From Candidatus Zhuqueibacterota bacterium (GTDB taxonomy: Bacteria; Zhuqueibacterota; Zhuqueibacteria; Thermofontimicrobiales; Thermofontimicrobiaceae), in contig JBMOPW010000034.1 in assembly GCA_049322915.1 (NCBI GenBank), forward strand, positions 320,001-384,000: a stretch of DNA of 64,000 nt, written 5' to 3'. The notes under the pieces were generated by a model that ran no database searches, was not told the DNA's origin, and saw nothing but the letters and a program-made list of their open reading frames with translations. Each line of letters begins with the position of its first letter. Position 1 is the first letter of the stretch. The position numbers were made by a program, and so were the translations under genes. Positions 8,468 to 18,235 of this stretch are shown piece by piece.

Positions 8468-10311
8468 TCATCGTGGATAGCCTGAAACAACCTAAATTGC
8501 CTTTTCAATATCGCATGGTATTCCTTCTCGTGAGTTATTTTTTCACGGGAATGGGTAGCTTAGCCCAGTGCGGATACAAAAAAATGGTATCGACTCAAAC
8601 AGGAGTAATCGTGAAAGATCTCCAGGGGACGTACAGGAACGGGCAGGTTTTTCTTACCTGGAATGAAACCGAAGCTCCAGCAGGAACAACCTTTAACGTG
8701 TACCTGGCGAACCGCCCATTCACCCGCGAGACAGTTCGACCAGAATATCGAATTGCCCATCGTATCGAGCCTCACAGCGCTCGGGATTGGTGGCGGGATC
8801 CGCATTCTTTTGTTTCAAAAAATGCTGATAACTTTAAACAATTTATGGGTGAATATTCAGACAATCCACCTGCTCCGGTTGGATTTGTCATCGAAAATGG
8901 CAGCAGTCCATTAAATCCCGCAGGTGGTTTATTCGTTCATACAGTAACACCCGAATCCAGTGGAAAATGCTATTTTGCCGTAACTTATACCACCGACCAG
9001 GAAAACTCAACGATCATTCCAGGATTGAATGCAACCGAAACGCCGTTGTTAACCGAAGTCGCCCCAGCCCAGCCAATTTATATCGGAGACCGCACGCCGC
9101 TCACCCGAACAGATGTTGCAGGGAAAAGTATTGAGTTTATTTTAAAAGGTCGGGGTAGTGGTTATACGGTGGCTGGTGATCATCCGCAGGAAGTGAATTA
9201 TCTCTTTTTTGGAAATATAAAGCAAGGCTGGCGCGAAGGTTTGCCATTTAAATTCGAGGCGGTTCTTGAAGCTGAAATTTTAAAAATTGTACCTTGTGAT
9301 CGGCAATGGACCGGCGGTCGCCCTGTGCTCGAATCAGCAGATCAACGGGATCACTGTCCAGCAATTAACACCTGGTATTATGGTTACAATCAAAATATCG
9401 CGGTGAGTAATCTGAATGATCCAAAAATCATCCCGAATTATACGGAAGAACAAATCCTCGGAATTTTAGATTGGGCGCAAAATTCATTGGGAGCGAATCC
9501 GAATCGTACCTACCTGACAGGGACTTCCATGGGAGGTTCGGGCTGTATTTCACTGGCTTTGCACTATCCCGAACGATTTGCTTTTGTTTATGCTCGCGTT
9601 CCTGCAGTCGCATATTTACCCCAAATGAATCTGAATCGTCTGGAATGTTTCTGCGGTCCATTGGATAACTCGGCAACCACGCATCTGGGAATGCCTTTTA
9701 TTGAACACATGAACGCAATTGTTCAAGTCGGAAAAACAACAGCCAATTTGCCCTATATCGTCATGTTGAGCGGACGGCAGGATCAATCCATCGCCTGGGG
9801 AAATAATCCACCATTCTTTCAGACGATGAATCACACACGACAGGGGATTACTGCCTTCTGGAGTGAAGAGGGACACTCCGATTATGATATAAATTTTATT
9901 GAAAAAGATTTTGCGCCACCTCGTGAGCGATTCAGCCTGGATCGGAGCTACCTGGTTTTTACCAACTGCCTGGCGAATCAGAATCCTGGCCGTGGTGATC
10001 CTTCAGACGGCGACCTGTCAGGATGGATCAACCGTGGTTTTGACTGGGAGCTGATCCTGGATACGCCAGAAGAATATGCGGCAACAATTTGGGTGAATTA
10101 TGAAGGAATAAAATACCCGATTTCGTTTGATTTGACTCCCAGGCGTGTTCAGAATTTTAGAATTGAAAAAGGAAAAGCTGTCGCCGTATTCATTGACAGG
10201 ATTCAAATCAGCACCGTGATACCTGATAACAACGGACTGGTTACCGTGCGCAATGTGCAGATATGCAATCCCGAAGGGATTCAATTCCAACTCAAACATA
10301 ATGTCGATTAA
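8464..10311 (+). CDS. Probable secreted alpha/beta-hydrolase (esterase-like) with an N-terminal beta-rich domain
   Basis: Nucleophile elbow YLTGTSMGGSG, candidate Asp (GRQDQS) and His (EGHS). The start may be ATG 8515. Confidence 0.7.
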   Translation: MIIVDSLKQPKLPFQYRMVFLLVSYFFTGMGSLAQCGYKKMVSTQTGVIVKDLQGTYRNGQVFLTWNETEAPAGTTFNVYLANRPFTRETVRPEYRIAHRIEPHSARDWWRDPHSFVSKNADNFKQFMGEYSDNPPAPVGFVIENGSSPLNPAGGLFVHTVTPESSGKCYFAVTYTTDQENSTIIPGLNATETPLLTEVAPAQPIYIGDRTPLTRTDVAGKSIEFILKGRGSGYTVAGDHPQEVNYLFFGNIKQGWREGLPFKFEAVLEAEILKIVPCDRQWTGGRPVLESADQRDHCPAINTWYYGYNQNIAVSNLNDPKIIPNYTEEQILGILDWAQNSLGANPNRTYLTGTSMGGSGCISLALHYPERFAFVYARVPAVAYLPQMNLNRLECFCGPLDNSATTHLGMPFIEHMNAIVQVGKTTANLPYIVMLSGRQDQSIAWGNNPPFFQTMNHTRQGITAFWSEEGHSDYDINFIEKDFAPPRERFSLDRSYLVFTNCLANQNPGRGDPSDGDLSGWINRGFDWELILDTPEEYAATIWVNYEGIKYPISFDLTPRRVQNFRIEKGKAVAVFIDRIQISTVIPDNNGLVTVRNVQICNPEGIQFQLKHNVD

Positions 10312-10344
10312 AGTGAGATGAACTTCTTATTTGGAGGAATAGAC

Positions 10345-11370
10345 GTGAGTGATTTTACATTTTCGTTTGTCCTGATTCTTTTGGCAGGGCTTTTTCAGGG
10401 AACGTTTGGTCTGGGCATGAAGCGCTATTCGCCACTGGCGTATGAAGCGTTCTGGCTCATTTTTGCAGTCGTGGGGATGATTGTCGCGCCGTATCTCTGG
10501 GCTTCGGCCGTCGTTCCTGATGTCCTGGCCGCCATCTCTGCTGCGCCGATCCGCTCGATTTTGCTGGCGCTGGGGTTCAGTGCGTTCTGGGGACTGGGAG
10601 CGCTCATGTTTGGCATGGCGATTAATTATGTCGGATTATCCATTGCCTACGGCATCAGCATGGGTCTGGCTGCCGCCATCGGCTCATTGATCCCGTTATT
10701 TGAAATACCTGATATCAGTTCAAATCCTGCTGTTCCTTTCATCATTATTGGCGTGGTGGTGATGGTGCTCGGCGTGATTGTCGTGAGCTATGCTGGCGTG
10801 AAACGGGATAAAATGCTGGCTGGTGCCAGCAAAGAGGCATCCGTGATCAGGCAAGGCAAGCTGTTTAAAATTGGCTTGCTCTTCGCCGTTTTAAATGGTG
10901 TTTTTTCCGCATTTTTAAACATTGGTTTTACCAAAGCCGCGCCCGCAGCCCAGGCCGCCGTTGCCCAGGGAGCGTTGGAGCGCAACGCCAGTCTCGTGGC
11001 GTGGGTGGTCTGTTTGTTTGGCGGATGTCTCGTGAATATCATTTACGCCCTGGTCCAGCTCATCCGAAACAAATCATTATCCTCATTGGCCCAAAAAGGT
11101 GCTTTCAAAGGCATTCTGTGGGCGATTGGAACCGCGGTGCTCTTTTTTGCTGCGCTGGCCAGTTACGGCCAGGGTGCGGCGCTGATGGGCAAGCTCGGTC
11201 CTGTGTTGGGCTGGACCATGTTCATCGCCCTGGCATTGGTGATCAGCAACGCCTGGGGAATCAGCGGCGGCGAATGGAAAAATGTCCCGCGTCCATTTCG
11301 CATCCTGATGGCGGGCAATGCGATTCTCATCATTTCCTGGATGATTCTGGGGTATGCGAACAGCTTGTAG
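10345..11370 (+). CDS. rhaT: L-rhamnose/proton symporter RhaT-family transporter
   Basis: About 10 TM helices; AGLFQGTFGLGMK, YEAFW, GLSIAYGISMG and SNAWGISGGEWK motifs; GTG start at 10345 preceded by GGAGG. Confidence 0.8.
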   Translation: MSDFTFSFVLILLAGLFQGTFGLGMKRYSPLAYEAFWLIFAVVGMIVAPYLWASAVVPDVLAAISAAPIRSILLALGFSAFWGLGALMFGMAINYVGLSIAYGISMGLAAAIGSLIPLFEIPDISSNPAVPFIIIGVVVMVLGVIVVSYAGVKRDKMLAGASKEASVIRQGKLFKIGLLFAVLNGVFSAFLNIGFTKAAPAAQAAVAQGALERNASLVAWVVCLFGGCLVNIIYALVQLIRNKSLSSLAQKGAFKGILWAIGTAVLFFAALASYGQGAALMGKLGPVLGWTMFIALALVISNAWGISGGEWKNVPRPFRILMAGNAILIISWMILGYANSL

Positions 11371-11417
11371 GAATGAAAAGTTGACATATTTTTGTAAAAA
11401 AATTTTAAGAGGTTAAA

Positions 11418-14400
11418 ATGAACCGTCTTCGGGATATTATCACCATTTTTTTATGGCTCTGTTCAGCCAGTTATTCGGCTGAACAATCCATTTCAATCGC
11501 ATCTGGGAAAGTAAAACTTACCGTTGATCCCAATCGGGGCGGCGCTCCTGCTGGCGTCTGGTTCGATCGCAATGAGGACGGGATTTTTTCAAATGACGAG
11601 CTGATGCTCGACACGGGGCCACGCCAGGGGCTGATTCTGAAAGTGATTGAAATTCCCTGGAAAATCAGCGGAGCAAAGCTGGAAGAAGGGATGATTCTCT
11701 CGGATGAATGGATTTCAGGCCGACTGCCGCAACCCAGGGAATCGTGGTATTCAGGTGAAAGTTTTCAATTGACTGCCGTCTCCGATTCGATCTGGCAGGC
11801 GGGAGAAAATCGGCTGGTGGTGCTGGGACGGTTGATCTGGGCTGGCAACTGGAAATATCGACTGGACTGGGAGCTGACGGATGGAGGCGCAATCAAAGGT
11901 AATTTTCAATTGCTGGACCAACCCCGGGAAATCCGTCCCAGCGAAATTCTGGCGCTGGGAATGGACATGCGGTTTCATTATCAAAATCAAGCATCATTCC
12001 TGCACCGCACGGTTCATGCAGGCGTGGATCAACAAATTTGGGAAATGCCAGCGGGATTTTTTCGCTGGTGGTATCGCATTGAAGCGCTGTATTTACAAAG
12101 GCGGGAAAGCTACGGGTTCAAGCGCCTGGATGAAATTCCCTGGCCCGATTATAACATTGTTTGCCTGACACAGAGCAGCCATGCGGATTGCAAGCTTTGG
12201 AAAGCCATTGATTGGAATGTCGGAGCAATTGCCGATTGGTACGGCAAAAAATCTCGTGGCTGGCTCCATCTAGAAGATCGTGAATGGGGCATCGGCTTTG
12301 GCCTGGCGAAAATGGCTGACCAGCCCCCTGCCTCACTTTCCGCCGATATGGACACGGGTGATTTGACTGCCGCCGTACAATTCAGGTTCGTCCCGGAACA
12401 GACAGCACGGCAAAATCCAAATGCCGCACAAGCTGAATCAATTTTTCAGCCACACGCGTTTTTTCTCGTTCCCAATACGGGTCGCTGGTCGGAGCACCAG
12501 GCGGAACTGCTCGATGAATTGGGCAATCCTGCGACGCCCATTACCGCGGCAGAGCCAGATCCGAATGCAATAAATTTTATTCCACCTAAAAATCTGCCTG
12601 CGGCAACCTCCAACGATGAAATCGCCAGGTTCCGAATTGATGAGCCCGCAGGGATTGATCGAGAATCATGGCCATTCACAGGAGGAATCCCGCTGCGTCA
12701 GGGCGCTATTTTTTCAGCGAACGATCTCATCCTCCTGGATGCCGCAGGCAAATCCCTTCCCATTCAAGCCGAGGCATTGGCCTACTGGCCAGACAGGAGC
12801 ATTAAATGGCTGCTGTTGGATGCACAGGTCGATTTACCCAAAAACACGGGTGCGCTCTTTACCCTGCGGCAGGGCAAAAAAATCGCTGCCAAATCGGACG
12901 TTGTCATCGCCAGCGCAACCGAAAATGGTTTACGGGTGAATACCGGTGCGCTCGCATTCGAAATTGATCTTCACGGCTCTGGCTTTATCGACCGCGCCTG
13001 GCTGGACATCAATTCAAATGGAAAATATGAAACCGATGAATTGATCGTTGGCGAAAATCAGCTCCGCCGCAGCTTTCTGGATTTCATCCGCAGCGATGCG
13101 TTCCGCACAGGCGATCATGACATTCAGGGCACGCTGGACGAATCCCGGGTGCGCATTACCGATCTCAGTGTCGAGCGCGCGGGTCCTCTGCGGGCGGTTA
13201 TTAAAATTCAAGGTCATTATTTGAACCGAATGCCCTCGCCGTTCACCTTGCGCCTGGAAGCGTTCGCTGGAAAAACCACAATTCGGGCCCAGCATACCTT
13301 CACATACACGATGAATCCCAACGGTGAATTTGTGCATGCGCTCGGCTTGCAGCTTCCCGTTCAGTTTAAAGATGGCGCCTGTGTCACACTGGGTGGCAAT
13401 GGGATAATTTTTAAAATAGACGAAACAGCGACGATCGGCGGACTGCTTCAGGAAAATTTAAACAACGCGATGCTCTGGCAGGCAGCGTCTGACACAGGAG
13501 CTGTAAAAATTCTGGACGAGCTGTACCGTCCCGCAGCGTGGGGAGATATTTCCAACGACCGCTGGGGTGTCACCGTCGCCGTGCAAAATTTCTGGCAGGA
13601 ATACGCCAAGGCCATCCAGGCGGATCAAGCAAACGGCACTATTTCCGCGTTCTTCTGGCCACCACAAGCGCAACCGCTCGATCTGCGCCGCTATTCGAAA
13701 TGGATGTACACCCAGGGCGGCGAAACCAATGTTCCCTTTGCTGGGGGGCATGTCTTTGAGTGGCGCAATGCTGCTTATGCCACTGGGACGGCGAAAACCA
13801 GCACCGCCGTGTTCGATTTTCATGTTGGCGCGCTGCAACAGGAACGGGCAGAGAATCTGGCTAAGGGATTTCAGCAGCGACCGCTGGCAATTTGCAATCC
13901 AGCGTATTATGCAAAAATTGGAATTGCCGGGCAGTTTGCCGCTTACGATGCCAAGTCATTCCCGCAATTGGAAAAATCACTGACAGACATCGGCGATTTT
14001 TTCAGGTATAATCGGGAGCGATTTTCCTGGTACGGCATGCTGGATTATGGGGACATTGGCCATTTGTGGCGCCCACCGCTCCGTTATGATGCTGGCCAGC
14101 CCTTTCAGTTTCGGGATGGCTGGGGCCATGATATTGGCAGATGGGGCTGGACGAATTCCGAAGGTCTCGATGCCTTGAGCTTTTTCATGACCTTCTTCCA
14201 CACAGGCTACCGACCGTATTTTGAGGCAGGCGAAATCACGGCGGTTCACAATCGGGACGTGGATGTTTTTCATTACGGACCTTACCGTTACAAAGGTCGC
14301 CGCCACAATGTGAATCATTGGGGTGATGGCACCATCCAGGTGCGCATCAGTCAGCCGTCGCACACACGGTTTCAATATTATCTGACAGGTGATTTGCGGA

Positions 14401-15176
14401 CGAAAGATATCATCGATGCGGTTTTCCAGCACCAATTAAAAAATTGCCTGATCGTCGCCACACCTGAACTGGGGGCGGTTCTGTCGGGTTATCTCGTGCA
14501 ATGGGAGATGACGGGAGATCTGACCTGGCGCGACCAGGCCCTGGCGCTCGTTCGGGCGTATGCTAATTACGTGGGTCCTGATGGCGGGATTCAGGACAGC
14601 GGAATTAAAATCGATGCGGCGACCCATCAGCTTTTAATTGCGCCGAATGCAAATCTGGCCGATTATTCATCCTGTTTCTTTCATGATTTTGGCGCAATGC
14701 ATGCGCTGGCTGAACTTTATTATCTGACCAGGGACGCGCAATTATGGGATTTGCTTTACCGACATGCCAGCTATTGTGCGACCAAAGGCCCTGCCAATGA
14801 TCTGACAGGCCATCGCTCCTATAATTGGTTGCTGTTGTCGCTTGCGCTTGATAAAACGGGGGAAAAGCAATTCGCTGACCGCCTTTTATCCAATCTTTCC
14901 GAGAGTGAATTTAATCGGGGCATTTACGCCAGGGACCGAAAATACTGGCGCGGCGAATGGGGACAAAAAATTCCCGATGGAAAAATTTATCAAATGGGTG
15001 ATGGCAGGGGCACGGTTCCTGGCGTTCATGATGTTTATACGGTTCACACTGGCTTTTCCTGGAGTCAAATGCCTTATGTTTTGCATGTGATGAAAAAATA
15101 TGGGCTGAAAGAAAACCAGATTCCACAAAAAGCCTTTCCCGTGCAGGAAAATAGTAACCGAAAGATTGAACCGTAA
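11418..15176 (+). CDS. Large secreted protein, exo-rhamnogalacturonan lyase (PL26/YetA)-like with an extra ~390-aa N-terminal region
   Basis: Motifs PFTGGIPLRQG, LAYWPDRSIKWLLLD, ERAGPLRAVIKIQG, WYGMLDYGD, GRWGWTNSE, HNRDVD and RHNVNHWG, typical of the YetA/PcRGLX family; signal peptide. Confidence 0.65.
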   Translation: MNRLRDIITIFLWLCSASYSAEQSISIASGKVKLTVDPNRGGAPAGVWFDRNEDGIFSNDELMLDTGPRQGLILKVIEIPWKISGAKLEEGMILSDEWISGRLPQPRESWYSGESFQLTAVSDSIWQAGENRLVVLGRLIWAGNWKYRLDWELTDGGAIKGNFQLLDQPREIRPSEILALGMDMRFHYQNQASFLHRTVHAGVDQQIWEMPAGFFRWWYRIEALYLQRRESYGFKRLDEIPWPDYNIVCLTQSSHADCKLWKAIDWNVGAIADWYGKKSRGWLHLEDREWGIGFGLAKMADQPPASLSADMDTGDLTAAVQFRFVPEQTARQNPNAAQAESIFQPHAFFLVPNTGRWSEHQAELLDELGNPATPITAAEPDPNAINFIPPKNLPAATSNDEIARFRIDEPAGIDRESWPFTGGIPLRQGAIFSANDLILLDAAGKSLPIQAEALAYWPDRSIKWLLLDAQVDLPKNTGALFTLRQGKKIAAKSDVVIASATENGLRVNTGALAFEIDLHGSGFIDRAWLDINSNGKYETDELIVGENQLRRSFLDFIRSDAFRTGDHDIQGTLDESRVRITDLSVERAGPLRAVIKIQGHYLNRMPSPFTLRLEAFAGKTTIRAQHTFTYTMNPNGEFVHALGLQLPVQFKDGACVTLGGNGIIFKIDETATIGGLLQENLNNAMLWQAASDTGAVKILDELYRPAAWGDISNDRWGVTVAVQNFWQEYAKAIQADQANGTISAFFWPPQAQPLDLRRYSKWMYTQGGETNVPFAGGHVFEWRNAAYATGTAKTSTAVFDFHVGALQQERAENLAKGFQQRPLAICNPAYYAKIGIAGQFAAYDAKSFPQLEKSLTDIGDFFRYNRERFSWYGMLDYGDIGHLWRPPLRYDAGQPFQFRDGWGHDIGRWGWTNSEGLDALSFFMTFFHTGYRPYFEAGEITAVHNRDVDVFHYGPYRYKGRRHNVNHWGDGTIQVRISQPSHTRFQYYLTGDLRTKDIIDAVFQHQLKNCLIVATPELGAVLSGYLVQWEMTGDLTWRDQALALVRAYANYVGPDGGIQDSGIKIDAATHQLLIAPNANLADYSSCFFHDFGAMHALAELYYLTRDAQLWDLLYRHASYCATKGPANDLTGHRSYNWLLLSLALDKTGEKQFADRLLSNLSESEFNRGIYARDRKYWRGEWGQKIPDGKIYQMGDGRGTVPGVHDVYTVHTGFSWSQMPYVLHVMKKYGLKENQIPQKAFPVQENSNRKIEP

Positions 15177-15251
15177 CCCGTTTTTGATTTTACGTTTTAA
15201 TTTTGAATTCACTGCAAAGAACAATAATTCACCTTTTTCAAGGAGCCCATA

Positions 15252-17126
15252 ATGAGGTTACAATCGATTTTCTCGTTTGTATGTACGCTGGTACTGCTGC
15301 TGTGCGCTCAATTGTTTAGCATGATACCCACGCAATACACGAAAATTATGTTCACGGGTACTACTGTTGATCTGGCTGATTTTGAAAAATTTGTCATACG
15401 GGCAAAGGCATCAGGCGCCACGCATATCGATATCACAGGATTGCCCATGCCCTTCAGTTTTTGGCAATTCGATACGCCAGGCGATCCCTATCCGGCCTGG
15501 CCCTGCATGGTGTTTTCGCTGTTCAAAGTCGCCACGCCAGAAATATTAAAGCCGTATGTTCCGCAGGACTATGCCATAAAAGTCCTGACGCTGCTCGAAG
15601 ATCGCTGCAAAATTCTCCGCAAGCATGAACTGAAAGCGTACGTGAGCGCTGGCGAACCGCACATGCTGCCTGAAGCAGTTTTCACCGATCATCCATTATG
15701 GCGGGGACCCCGCGTGGACCAACCGACGCGGTCACGCGTGGCCCGTTTTGCTCCCACGATTGATAATCCCGAAGTGCTGGCGCTCTATCGGGAATCGGTC
15801 GGGATTCTGCTTCGCCGTTGCCCTGAAATCGATATTTTGACACTTCTCACCAATGATTCAGGCGGTGGGCTGGACTGGAGCGGCGGTTTGTATAGCGGAC
15901 GATTTGGCAATACGTTGTACCAACACCGCAAGATGGATGAGCGGCTGCATGATTTTTTCGCCACGATTCAGGCTGGCGCAAAGGATGCGGGGGCGTGGAT
16001 TGAAATCGACATGTTCTTAACCCGCGAGCCAGATCCCGCCAAAGTCGCCAGGAGCCTGACCCACGGGATGGCCATTGAAAATATTGAAGGTCCCAATGCG
16101 ACTCCTTTTCGCACCAGCGCGGGTAAGCTCTGGATGTATGGCAGCGATTTTTATCCTGTGGTGGGCATTCCGTATGCCGCTTCTTTTCTGGAAGAACTGG
16201 AGCACGCCGCGCAAAGTCAGGCGCCACGCATGTATGTGGGCATGCTGGATCATTTTAACCGCGAGCTTTATTTCAACATCTTCGATAAATTCTGGGAAAA
16301 GCCAACACACGATGAAATTTCACGGCTTGAATTTTTAAAAAGAATTGCGACGAACGAAGCTGGCGTTGAAAACGCTTCATCCCTCCTGTCGCTCTGGTTG
16401 GCCATCGACCGTGCGGAAAAATTATTGCAAATTTTTGATAGCGGCGGTTCGTTGTTTTCGCTGGGGACAGTGCATCAGCGCTGGATTACCCGCCCGCTGG
16501 TTCCTTTTCCCAGTGAGCTTACTCCTGAAGAAAAAGATTATTACCGCAAATTTCAGTTTCAAGCCCGATCCGAAGCTCATGCCGATAACCTGATCGATTT
16601 GCAGGGAAATCGCCGATTAACGTCGGTCTCGGGTCGTCACAATTTGAGTTTTGAGATACTTCGCCGCGTGCGCAACCAGGTGACCCAGGCACAGCAGTTG
16701 TTAGCCGAAATTTTAAAAACGCCGCTGGACCGAAATAAAGCTGCATATCAAACCTTCGCCGCCCGTCTGCGCGCCGTACAATGCCTGATTACCAATGCGG
16801 AAAACATGATTGATTACCAATCCCAATTGGATCGGATTCATCGACTGGGCAGCAAGCCCGAGGAAACGCCTCCCATCGACACCCCTTCGAGTTGGGATCG
16901 ACAAAAAATGCTGGAAACAGCGCGTCGGGAAATCGACAACACGGCTGTGATGATGGACATTTTGCGATCGACGCGTGAACCTGTGCTCGATCTGGCACCC
17001 GTGAAAATGGAAGAACACATCATCCGTCTGGGTCCAGACATCCTCGATCAATTGCAAAAGAAGCTGAATATTATGAATTCACATTGGATGGATTATGATC
17101 GAATTTTCACCAGACCGAATTTGTGA
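15252..17126 (+). CDS. Secreted hypothetical protein, possibly a TIM-barrel glycoside hydrolase of unassigned family
   Basis: 624-aa ORF with RBS AAGGAG and a signal peptide; aromatic-rich motifs (WRGPRVDQP, NDSGGGLDW) and a helical C-terminal half; lies inside the glycan operon. Confidence 0.5.
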   Translation: MRLQSIFSFVCTLVLLLCAQLFSMIPTQYTKIMFTGTTVDLADFEKFVIRAKASGATHIDITGLPMPFSFWQFDTPGDPYPAWPCMVFSLFKVATPEILKPYVPQDYAIKVLTLLEDRCKILRKHELKAYVSAGEPHMLPEAVFTDHPLWRGPRVDQPTRSRVARFAPTIDNPEVLALYRESVGILLRRCPEIDILTLLTNDSGGGLDWSGGLYSGRFGNTLYQHRKMDERLHDFFATIQAGAKDAGAWIEIDMFLTREPDPAKVARSLTHGMAIENIEGPNATPFRTSAGKLWMYGSDFYPVVGIPYAASFLEELEHAAQSQAPRMYVGMLDHFNRELYFNIFDKFWEKPTHDEISRLEFLKRIATNEAGVENASSLLSLWLAIDRAEKLLQIFDSGGSLFSLGTVHQRWITRPLVPFPSELTPEEKDYYRKFQFQARSEAHADNLIDLQGNRRLTSVSGRHNLSFEILRRVRNQVTQAQQLLAEILKTPLDRNKAAYQTFAARLRAVQCLITNAENMIDYQSQLDRIHRLGSKPEETPPIDTPSSWDRQKMLETARREIDNTAVMMDILRSTREPVLDLAPVKMEEHIIRLGPDILDQLQKKLNIMNSHWMDYDRIFTRPNL

Positions 17127-17204
17127 GTATTTCAACGGGGACGATCGTTTGGCGAATTTCAAAATGTTCGGAACTGTCATTCCGTCATTTTAAAAATGGA
17201 GTGA

Positions 17205-18224
17205 GTGGCCATGAAAATCAGAAAACTAGTAATATGCATTCTCGGGGTTGGTTTTTGTCTGGTCTGCAATCGGCATGATCCCAATACTGGGAAATTAAGC
17301 TGCCAGCCGAAAACCATCATTCTTTCGCACAGTCAACCCGCCGATGTTTCGAATGAATTTCACCTGGCGGCATGGATTTTTCAAAAGTATATTCACGATC
17401 ATTCAAAAAATCTGACCGTGAAAATATTTGCGGCCAATTCATTAGAACCAGAACATGATGTTTACAAAGCGATTCAGCGTGGTAATGACTTGACTTGCGT
17501 CATTTCCAGAACAACGGCATTAACCAGTTTTTGCAACAAAATTGATGTGTTGCACCTTCCGTTTTTATGGAAAAATTTTGAACACGTGCATCAAGCGCTT
17601 GATGGCGAAGTGGGAAAAATTTTAGAAAAAGAACTGGCCAGAAGCGGCTTTAAAGTTTTAGCCTGGATGGATAGCTGGGGTTTTCAGAATTTTCTGACAG
17701 TGAAGCGGGATATTGAAAATTTCGATAAGATGACCGCGCTGAAATGGCAAACCAGTCAATCGCCCAAGTATACCGAATCCATGAAAATCCTGGGGATTCA
17801 AACAACTTCAATGGCGTATTCGGAAATCTATCCTTCGTTGCAGTCAGGGAAACTGGATGGTATCGAACAAAACGCGGTTTCGGTTCTGGCAAATAAGTTT
17901 GCGGGCGCATTCCAATCGATGCTACTCACCCGTCATTTGTATATCCCTGTTGTCTTTGTTTTTTGCCAATCGGAGTGGGAAAAATTTTCCGAGGAAGAAA
18001 AAAGCCTGATCACCGAAGCCGCACACCTGGTAAGCGATCTGGAGTGCGCATTGGCCCCCTGGCGCGACCAGGCGGCACAAAATTTTCTAACTGAAAAAAA
18101 TATTGCGATCCACCCCATCGACGTGTCTGGCATTTCCAAGGAAATTGCAGCGGTTCAGGATAAGCTGGCCAGTGAAAGCAATGCACTGGATTTGCTACAA
18201 ATTATTCGGTCGTATAAAAATTAA
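17205..18224 (+). CDS. TRAP transporter substrate-binding protein (DctP family), orphan and divergent
   Basis: Motifs LHLPFLW, ALDGEVG, GFKVLAW, YSEIYPSLQSGKLDGIEQN and LTRH; lipobox-like N-terminus; no dctQ/dctM in the window. Confidence 0.8.
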   Translation: MAMKIRKLVICILGVGFCLVCNRHDPNTGKLSCQPKTIILSHSQPADVSNEFHLAAWIFQKYIHDHSKNLTVKIFAANSLEPEHDVYKAIQRGNDLTCVISRTTALTSFCNKIDVLHLPFLWKNFEHVHQALDGEVGKILEKELARSGFKVLAWMDSWGFQNFLTVKRDIENFDKMTALKWQTSQSPKYTESMKILGIQTTSMAYSEIYPSLQSGKLDGIEQNAVSVLANKFAGAFQSMLLTRHLYIPVVFVFCQSEWEKFSEEEKSLITEAAHLVSDLECALAPWRDQAAQNFLTEKNIAIHPIDVSGISKEIAAVQDKLASESNALDLLQIIRSYKN

Positions 18225-18235
18225 AGGGTAAAAAA

